From an uncultured Aminicenantes bacterium (lineage in GTDB: Bacteria > Acidobacteriota > Aminicenantia > UBA2199): a stretch of 64,000 bases of DNA. The stretch's first letter is position 1. Every line of letters begins with the position of its first letter. The notes under the pieces were generated by a model. That model was not told the origin of the DNA and searched no databases. It saw only the letters and a program-made list of their open reading frames with translations. Where the stretch lies: NCBI GenBank assembly GCA_965195285.1, contig CBDAFS010000059.1:1-64000 (forward strand), in the 5' to 3' direction. Positions 57,435 to 64,000 of this stretch are shown here, piece after piece. The position numbers and the translations under genes were made by a program.

Positions 57435-59540
57435 TTAGCGGAATACCTCAATCTCACTGATGGTCCAGATTTGTCTTCGATGTTGCCCGGTGTTGGTGAT
57501 CTTGATATACCTGGCCCCGCAGGGATCTAAATCAATGGTCAGGGTGATCCGGCGGGGTGTCAGAAATTCTGTGATGGGAATCCGGGTTCGGTTACTTGCT
57601 GCAACCAAGGTCCACTGCCGGCCCTGGCCAGAGACTTCTACCCGGTATCCCAGTGGATAGCTGCAGGGAAAGTTGGGGCTCAACCTCAGGGATACCCGTT
57701 TCAGCGGATGGGATTGACCGAGATCAATCATGAAATAATCCCCGTCTTTCTGAGGTGGGCTCTGCCACCAGGTGAGAATCTTTCCGTCCAGGGCCAGACG
57801 GGCGGTAGCGGTATTGGTGTTGGTATGTACAGTCCATCCCTGATGGGATAACGGTTGGGAAGGTGGGTCAGTGGTTTCTTTTTTTGAAACCGGGTATCCA
57901 CCGGTTATTTCATACAGCCAGGCCTCTCCGTATTTGTTCAGGAAGCGAATCTGGTCTTGAAGTTGAGATAATCGAAACATCAGAGTATCGAACCGGTCCG
58001 GTCGCATTAAATTGGAGTGGAAGATAACATATTTGACTCCGAGGGTGTTCAGGTCCGTGATCAATTCTTTGATCGGAAGATATTTCCACCTCTGCCGAAT
58101 CTCATAGTAAAGTGGCGGAAAATATGAACTGCGTCCGTTAACCATTTTTTTTTGATGATAGATTGAATAATACATCCTCAGTGATTCAATTCGGGTCCTT
58201 TTAAATAATTTTTCCGGGATGGGAAATTCGATAATGGCCTCATTTTCAGCTATCTTTTTGATGTGTTGATAAACCGGGGGGATTTCACTTTTACCGGGAA
58301 GGTTGAACATGGGGATGGGGATGGATGCATACTCCAATAGGATCCCTGACCATACCAGCCCCAAGGCCAGGAATTTTTTTTTGTTTTTTAATCCGGCCAA
58401 AAGATGATGGAGCCCCTGGGCTGCCAGTACAGCCAGGGCGAACATCACCATGATGTGAAACCGCTGGGCCACTCGGACACCGTTGAATCCGGGAACATAT
58501 CGATGCAAAAAGTAATAAGGCCCCTTCATGCCGAAGCCAAACAGGAAGGAACTGATCAGGATAACTGTGTAGATCAGACGCTGGTCTTTCAGTAAATCGG
58601 GATTTCTAAGCGGTTTTTTCCAAATCACCCACAGTCCGGTCATGGCCAGGATTAAAGCCAGTATGCCGGGAAACAGGGCCCCCTCGATTTTTTGCCAGGG
58701 TTTGGTGAGTTGACCGTACAGTCGGTTGTCCGAACCCGTGGCAAGATACTGGCTCAGGGTGGCTCCGGTTGCCCCTGCTCTGAAAAAACCGATATCCTGT
58801 TGCACCCGGATATATTGATAGACAAAGGGTCCCAGGATCATAACGCTGATCAGCAGAAAGAGGCCCATCTTCATCCAGTAGCGGCCCTCCCGGTATTTTT
58901 TGTGGGTCAGGGTATGGATGAGAATGTAGAGCCCGCAGAACAGGGTCAGATACAGGGCATAATGACCACTGGCCAGAAACTGCAGGGTGAAAAAAAGGGT
59001 GAACAGCAGTAGGTGGCGGATCTGTTCTCCATGGAAAAATTTATGCAGAAAAAGAAAGGCCAGGGGGATGCCCCCGGCGGTCAGGATCTGGAGGTGAACA
59101 AAATGAGACATCATGAATGGCGAAAAGGCAAAAATAAGGCCGGCAATGAGGCTGGCCCCGGGGCTGCCGGTCAGGTACCGGGCCAGCAGAAACATTCCCA
59201 GAGCCGATGTGAAGAACGAAAAGAGCAGGAGGAAATTATAGGTTAAAATGGGATTTTTACTGATGAGGTAGACGGGGAGGGCAAGCAGTGACTGGGTGAA
59301 ATAGTGGTTGGAGTACAACAGGGTGTTTTTATAGGGGAAAAAAATGTTGGTGTCAAAATAATCCTGGAAATCCAGGTTGATGAGTTTCTCAATATTTTGG
59401 GAAATTACCCATATGTCAAAAACCGGATCCTTAAAATCCCTCACCCCGGTTTTCAGGTTGAACAGGGTGGGATGGGTCATGACCAGAGTGATGATAGCCA
59501 GGGCTAGTACCGGAATGATCAAGGATTTGGGATGTTTCAT
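57435..59540 (-). CDS. GT-C/YfhO-like membrane protein with C-terminal F5/8 type C (discoidin) domain
   Basis: DP..DIW, FFPYKNTLLYS, FAFSP, RVAQRF, VNGRSSYFP; C-terminal ALDG...W...IDLG...YRVEVS..G..W...ARYIKI...WTISEIEV. Confidence 0.7.
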   Translation of the reverse strand: MKHPKSLIIPVLALAIITLVMTHPTLFNLKTGVRDFKDPVFDIWVISQNIEKLINLDFQDYFDTNIFFPYKNTLLYSNHYFTQSLLALPVYLISKNPILTYNFLLLFSFFTSALGMFLLARYLTGSPGASLIAGLIFAFSPFMMSHFVHLQILTAGGIPLAFLFLHKFFHGEQIRHLLLFTLFFTLQFLASGHYALYLTLFCGLYILIHTLTHKKYREGRYWMKMGLFLLISVMILGPFVYQYIRVQQDIGFFRAGATGATLSQYLATGSDNRLYGQLTKPWQKIEGALFPGILALILAMTGLWVIWKKPLRNPDLLKDQRLIYTVILISSFLFGFGMKGPYYFLHRYVPGFNGVRVAQRFHIMVMFALAVLAAQGLHHLLAGLKNKKKFLALGLVWSGILLEYASIPIPMFNLPGKSEIPPVYQHIKKIAENEAIIEFPIPEKLFKRTRIESLRMYYSIYHQKKMVNGRSSYFPPLYYEIRQRWKYLPIKELITDLNTLGVKYVIFHSNLMRPDRFDTLMFRLSQLQDQIRFLNKYGEAWLYEITGGYPVSKKETTDPPSQPLSHQGWTVHTNTNTATARLALDGKILTWWQSPPQKDGDYFMIDLGQSHPLKRVSLRLSPNFPCSYPLGYRVEVSGQGRQWTLVAASNRTRIPITEFLTPRRITLTIDLDPCGARYIKITNTGQHRRQIWTISEIEVFR

Positions 59541-59586
59541 TATGAATGGTTATTGTAATATGCCACCGGATAAAAAACAACCGGTT

Positions 59587-60228
59587 TCACAGCATGAGTG
59601 ACCTGGAAGTCGGGGATTGAAAAAAATCCAGATAGGTGTCAAAAGTCTGGCGGGTAATATCCCGGGCAGAGGTGTCATCCCGGTGGAAAAAAAGGATCTG
59701 CAAGATGTTCCGGGTGCTGGAGTCCACACAGGTTCGCAAAGAATCCGAAGATGGATTTCCGAAGGCACCGTCCCGGTCTTTTAAAAAAATCTTTCCTTTC
59801 ATGTGCAGGCAATCTTTACGGATGCCCTGAAACTGGTCATCATCGCTTCCCAGGGTTATGGTGACATCTCCCTTTATTTTGACCAGGTCATAGAGCCCGA
59901 AACATATCTGGTATTTCAGGGACAGAAAATTGGTCAGGTCGACAAAGGGATTGACCCTGGGGAAGTTGCCCTTGTTTTTCAGCCGTCTCCACAGGGCCTC
60001 TGATGAGGGCCGATGTTTGGTGGGATCAATATGGAATTCCCGGTATAGTTTTCTGGAAAAATCGAATCCCGGTGGCATCTTCTCCCGGTGCTGTTCGAGC
60101 AGGTCGGGTAATTCCGCTTTAAGAAAATCATCCAGCCTCATGCCGGATCCGAATTCGATCTCCTGGTAGAGGTTAATCCCAGCCCGGAGCTTATCCGATA
60201 AGCGGTTGGTGAACCGGGGATCATTCAT
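59587..60228 (-). CDS. Stand-alone B3/4 (PheRS editing-like) domain protein
   Basis: IDPTKHRPSSEALWRR, NPFVDLTN, GLYD, GNPSSDS.RT. Confidence 0.85.
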   Translation of the reverse strand: MNDPRFTNRLSDKLRAGINLYQEIEFGSGMRLDDFLKAELPDLLEQHREKMPPGFDFSRKLYREFHIDPTKHRPSSEALWRRLKNKGNFPRVNPFVDLTNFLSLKYQICFGLYDLVKIKGDVTITLGSDDDQFQGIRKDCLHMKGKIFLKDRDGAFGNPSSDSLRTCVDSSTRNILQILFFHRDDTSARDITRQTFDTYLDFFQSPTSRSLML

Positions 60229-60240
60229 TTTGAAAGTCTA

Positions 60241-61350
60241 TCAAGTCCGGTAATTTTTCTCGATCCAGTTGCGGTATCCACCGCTGATAATATTATTGAT
60301 CCATTCCTCATTTTTCAGATACCACTGGATGGTCTTTTTCAGTCCTGAATCAAAGCTGACCCGGGGTTCCCATTTCAATTCGGTTCTGATCTTTTCAAAA
60401 TTTATGGCATATCTCCGGTCATGGCCGGGGCGGTCGGAGACAAAGGTCATCAGGTCTTTATAGCTCTGGATCTTCGACTTCAAAAGTTTGACATGAAGGT
60501 TGGTCTTCAGGGGATAGAGTGTTTCCAGGGTTTCACAGATTTTTTCCACTACCTGGAGATTGGTCATTTCACAGTCACCGCCGATATTGTAGGTCTCTCC
60601 GGATTGGCCCTGGTGGATGATGGTCCATATAGCCGAGCAGTGATCCTCAACATAGAGCCAGTCTCTGATGTTCTGGCCATCTCCGTAAATGGGCAGGGGC
60701 TTTCCCTTCCAGGCGTTCAGGGTCAATAGGGGGATCAATTTCTCCGGAAATTGGCAGGGCCCGTAATTATTGCTGCAGTTGGACAGGGTAATCGGTAACG
60801 AATAGGTGTGAAAGTAGGCCTTTACCAGGTGGTCGGAGGCGGCCTTGGAGGCGGAATAGGGGCTCCGGGGATTGTAAGCCGTGGTTTCCAGGAAATGTCC
60901 GGTATCTCCCAGACTTCCATAAACCTCATCGGTGCTGATATGGTGAAATAGCACCTGCTTTTTCCCGGCCCAGGCTTTGCGGACCACTTCCAGCAGGGTG
61001 AAGGTACCCAGGATGTTGGATTGAATGAAATCCGAGGGTCCGAATATGGATCGATCCACATGGGATTCGGCGGCAAAATGAATCACGGTATCGATGGGGT
61101 ATTTTTCGAATATCCCCTGCATGGATGTGTGATCACTGATGTCCGCTTTTTCGTAGAAGTAGCGTTTATTACCGTACCGGAGGGCAATATCGTGCAGGTT
61201 TTCCGGATTTCCGGCATAGGTCAATTTGTCCACATTGACCACGGTACCCCTGAAACCGGATTTCTCGAAAAGGTAATGAATAAAATTGCTGCCGATAAAT
61301 CCGCACCCACCTGTAACCAGAATATATTTGATCTTTCGCTTTTTGGACAT
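60241..61350 (-). CDS. rfbB: dTDP-glucose 4,6-dehydratase
   Basis: VTGGCGFIGSN, HFAAESHVDRS, STDEVYG, YSASK, DRPGHDRRY. Confidence 0.96.
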   Translation of the reverse strand: MSKKRKIKYILVTGGCGFIGSNFIHYLFEKSGFRGTVVNVDKLTYAGNPENLHDIALRYGNKRYFYEKADISDHTSMQGIFEKYPIDTVIHFAAESHVDRSIFGPSDFIQSNILGTFTLLEVVRKAWAGKKQVLFHHISTDEVYGSLGDTGHFLETTAYNPRSPYSASKAASDHLVKAYFHTYSLPITLSNCSNNYGPCQFPEKLIPLLTLNAWKGKPLPIYGDGQNIRDWLYVEDHCSAIWTIIHQGQSGETYNIGGDCEMTNLQVVEKICETLETLYPLKTNLHVKLLKSKIQSYKDLMTFVSDRPGHDRRYAINFEKIRTELKWEPRVSFDSGLKKTIQWYLKNEEWINNIISGGYRNWIEKNYRT

Positions 61351-61351
61351 T

Positions 61352-62239
61352 TCAGCCACAGTCCGGACCAGATCCGGAATCGACAAGATTCAGGAGATAG
61401 CGGCCGTAATCGTTGTTGTTCAGGGTTTCAGCCAATTTTCTCAGTTCTTTTTCGTTGATCCAGCCGTTTTGAAAAGCGATCTCCTCGATACAGGCGATTT
61501 TTAATCCCTGTCTTTCTTCGATGGTCTTGATAAAGCTGGAAGCATCGATCAGGGACTTATGGGTTCCGGTATCCAGCCAGGCAAATCCGCGTCCCATCAG
61601 CTCAACCTTCAGTTGATTATCCTTGAGATAAATGTTGTTGATATCGGTAATTTCAAGTTCGCCCCGGGCCGATGGTTTTAATTGTCGGGCGTACTGGATG
61701 ACCCGCTTATCGTAGAAATAAAGTCCCACTACCGCCCAGTTGGATCGGGGGCGTCCCGGTTTCTCTTCTATCGAGATAGCCATTTTGTTCCGGTCAAATT
61801 CAACAATCCCGTATCGCTGCGGGTCTCTGACATTGTAGGCAAATATGACCGCGCCATCCCGGGTTCGGACCGCACGTTGCAGTATTTCGTTGATACCGTG
61901 CCCGTAAAATATATTATCCCCCAGGATTAGGCACACCTGGTCATTGTTGATAAACTCCTCTCCGATGATAAAAGACTCTGCAATCCCCCGGGGTTCCTGC
62001 TGGGAGGCATACTGAATGGAGAGTCCCAAATGATTTCCGTCCCCGAACAATTTTTGAAATGCCGGTATGTCATGGGGAGTGGAAATGATTAAAATCTCTT
62101 TTATTCCGGCCAGCATTAATACCGATAGGGGGTAGTAAATCATGGGCTTGTCATAGATCGGTAGCAATTGTTTGCAGAGCGGTAGGGTCAACGGATATAG
62201 CCGGGTTCCATGTCCTCCGGCAAGTATAATTCCTTTCAA
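61352..62239 (-). CDS. rfbA: Glucose-1-phosphate thymidylyltransferase
   Basis: [44 protein letters not shown]; TTG start after AGGAG. Confidence 0.96.
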   Translation of the reverse strand: MKGIILAGGHGTRLYPLTLPLCKQLLPIYDKPMIYYPLSVLMLAGIKEILIISTPHDIPAFQKLFGDGNHLGLSIQYASQQEPRGIAESFIIGEEFINNDQVCLILGDNIFYGHGINEILQRAVRTRDGAVIFAYNVRDPQRYGIVEFDRNKMAISIEEKPGRPRSNWAVVGLYFYDKRVIQYARQLKPSARGELEITDINNIYLKDNQLKVELMGRGFAWLDTGTHKSLIDASSFIKTIEERQGLKIACIEEIAFQNGWINEKELRKLAETLNNNDYGRYLLNLVDSGSGPDCG

Positions 62240-62252
62240 TGCGGTTCTCCTG

Positions 62253-64000
62253 TTATTCCACCGTAACCGATTTGGCCAGGTTCCGGGGTTTATCCACATC
62301 ACAGCCCTTCTCTTTGGCAATGTAATAGGCAAACAACTGCAGGGGGATGATATTCAATATGGGCTGGAGAATGGAAAGGGTCCGGGGAACCAGGATGAGG
62401 TCATCGGAAATGTTTTTAATTTTATCTTCCCCGTCATTGGTAATGGAAAGAATTCGGCCGTTCCGGGCCCTGATTTCCTGAATGTTATTGATCATTTTGT
62501 CATAGGTGGAATCCTTGGGTACGATGGCAATGGTGGGAAAGTTTTCATCGATCAGCGATATGGGGCCGTGCTTCATTTCACCGGCCGGGTATCCTTCGGC
62601 ATGGGCATAGGAAATTTCCTTGAGTTTAAGAGCTCCCTCCATGGCGGTTGGATAGTTATAAAGCCTGCCGATATACAGGAAATCTTTGAAATGGGCATAA
62701 CGGAGGGCAATTTTCTCTATCTGCTTGGCATTTTCCAATATGTCTTTTACCTGATCGGGCAATTTCTTAAGGGCGGTGAGCAATTCACTGCCTTCAATAA
62801 AGGAAACGGTTTGGTAGCGGCCGATAAACAGGGCGATCAGAGTGATTATGACCAGCTGGGAGGTGTATATCTTGGTGGAAGCCACGCCGATTTCAGGCCC
62901 GGCATGGTTGTATACACCGGCATCGGTTATCTGGGCGATAGAAGTGCCTACTGCATTGACGATGCCCAGGAGCAGGGCCCCCTTTCTTTTGGCTTCTTTG
63001 ATGGCGGCCAGGGTGTCAGCGGTTTCCCCGGATTGGGAAATGGCCAGCACGGCCACATCTTCATTCAGTTTCAACCGCCGGTACCTGAATTCAGAGGCCA
63101 GTTCTATTTCGATATCCAGTTCGGTCAGGGCTTCAAATATGTACCGTCCCAGCAAGCCGGCATGATAGCTGGTACCGCAGCTGACAATGATAATCTTTTT
63201 GATATTTCTCAAACGGTCCAGGACCGGCTCCAGCCCGCCCAGTTTTGAAACGCCCTCATTGAGGATAATCCGGCCCCGGAAGGCATTCTTAATGCTTTCG
63301 GGTTGTTCGAAAATCTCCTTGAGCATATAATGCTCGTATCCCTTTTTATCAATTTTATATTCATCTTCGTCCAGAATCTCAATCTTTTTCTCCAGTATTT
63401 CGTTTTTCATGTTTTTAATATAGAAGCGGTTGGAATTGAGAACGGCAATTTCATCATCGCTGAGATAGACCATTTTATGGGTATAAGGTGCCAGGGCATT
63501 GGAATCGGATGCGGCAAAAAACTCGTTGTCCCCGATGCCGATGATGATAGGGCTTCCCCGTTTGACGATAAATATCTGGTGCTTATAATCGGTATGAATA
63601 ACGGCAATCCCGAAAGTTCCCACCAGACGCTCAACCGATTTGATGATAGCAACTTCCAGGTCATTTTCGTAATTGTCCTCGATCAGATGGGCAATGACTT
63701 CGGTATCGGTCTGGGACTTGAATTGATGGCCCTTGTTTTGCAGTTCCTCCTTCAGTTCCAGGTAGTTTTCAATGATTCCGTTGTGGACGATGCTGATTTT
63801 GTTGTGGCAATCGGTATGGGGGTGGGCATTTATTTCCGAGGGCTTCCCATGAGTGGCCCAGCGGGTATGGGCAATACCAAAGCTTGAATTAATCCGGGTT
63901 CCCGCAGTCTTATTCTCCAGCCGGGATACTTTTCCCACGGTTTTGATGGTAACCATCTTGTTTTTATCCACTGTTGAAAGTCCGGCTGAATCATATCCCC
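62253..64000 (-). CDS. glmS: Glutamine-fructose-6-phosphate aminotransferase (5' truncated by window)
   Basis: GYDSAG at window edge, [35 protein letters not shown]. Confidence 0.97.
   Translation of the reverse strand, partial: GYDSAGLSTVDKNKMVTIKTVGKVSRLENKTAGTRINSSFGIAHTRWATHGKPSEINAHPHTDCHNKISIVHNGIIENYLELKEELQNKGHQFKSQTDTEVIAHLIEDNYENDLEVAIIKSVERLVGTFGIAVIHTDYKHQIFIVKRGSPIIIGIGDNEFFAASDSNALAPYTHKMVYLSDDEIAVLNSNRFYIKNMKNEILEKKIEILDEDEYKIDKKGYEHYMLKEIFEQPESIKNAFRGRIILNEGVSKLGGLEPVLDRLRNIKKIIIVSCGTSYHAGLLGRYIFEALTELDIEIELASEFRYRRLKLNEDVAVLAISQSGETADTLAAIKEAKRKGALLLGIVNAVGTSIAQITDAGVYNHAGPEIGVASTKIYTSQLVIITLIALFIGRYQTVSFIEGSELLTALKKLPDQVKDILENAKQIEKIALRYAHFKDFLYIGRLYNYPTAMEGALKLKEISYAHAEGYPAGEMKHGPISLIDENFPTIAIVPKDSTYDKMINNIQEIRARNGRILSITNDGEDKIKNISDDLILVPRTLSILQPILNIIPLQLFAYYIAKEKGCDVDKPRNLAKSVTVE

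Noticed and set aside
62172-63887. Long plus-strand ORFs (358 aa and 194 aa)
   Set aside because: Antisense shadows of conserved glmS
1-64000. CRISPR arrays, IS elements, prophage, retron/RT, toxin-antitoxin or restriction genes, programmed frameshifts or Sec recoding
   Set aside because: No repeat-spacer pattern, terminal inverted repeats, relevant protein motifs or split genes found by inspection
63970-64000. glmS ribozyme
   Set aside because: The 5' end and leader of glmS lie outside the window and cannot be assessed

Overview
Gene-dense bacterial chromosomal segment of moderate GC. Gene content and style suggest a diderm anaerobe, possibly Aminicenantes/Acidobacteriota-like (inference only). 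About 52 CDS, five tRNAs (Leu-TAG, Val-TAC, Asp-GTC, Lys-TTT, Glu-TTC) and a tmRNA with a short tag. Most genes are housekeeping (EF-G paralog, murI, gpsA, plsY, thpR, truA, rpmB, pgpA, rimO, gmhA, gdhA, pgi, lepA, tatA, rmlAB, glmS). No mobile element, CRISPR array or prophage is visible. Best leads: (1) a double-HTH MerR regulator plus B12-binding radical SAM operon, with two ACGT-N2-ACGT (LiuR-like) boxes over its promoter, inside a phospholipid gene neighbourhood; this is a candidate regulated lipid-modifying, possibly membrane-spanning-lipid, system; (2) an envelope-decoration cluster of AlgI/AlgJ, a Thr-type sulfatase-like protein and a head-to-head pair of paralogous GT-C-like proteins; (3) a Tat-linked DUF362/polyferredoxin module; (4) an atypical transpeptidase operon with gmhA. 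Family assignments come from motif recognition by eye, not database searches.
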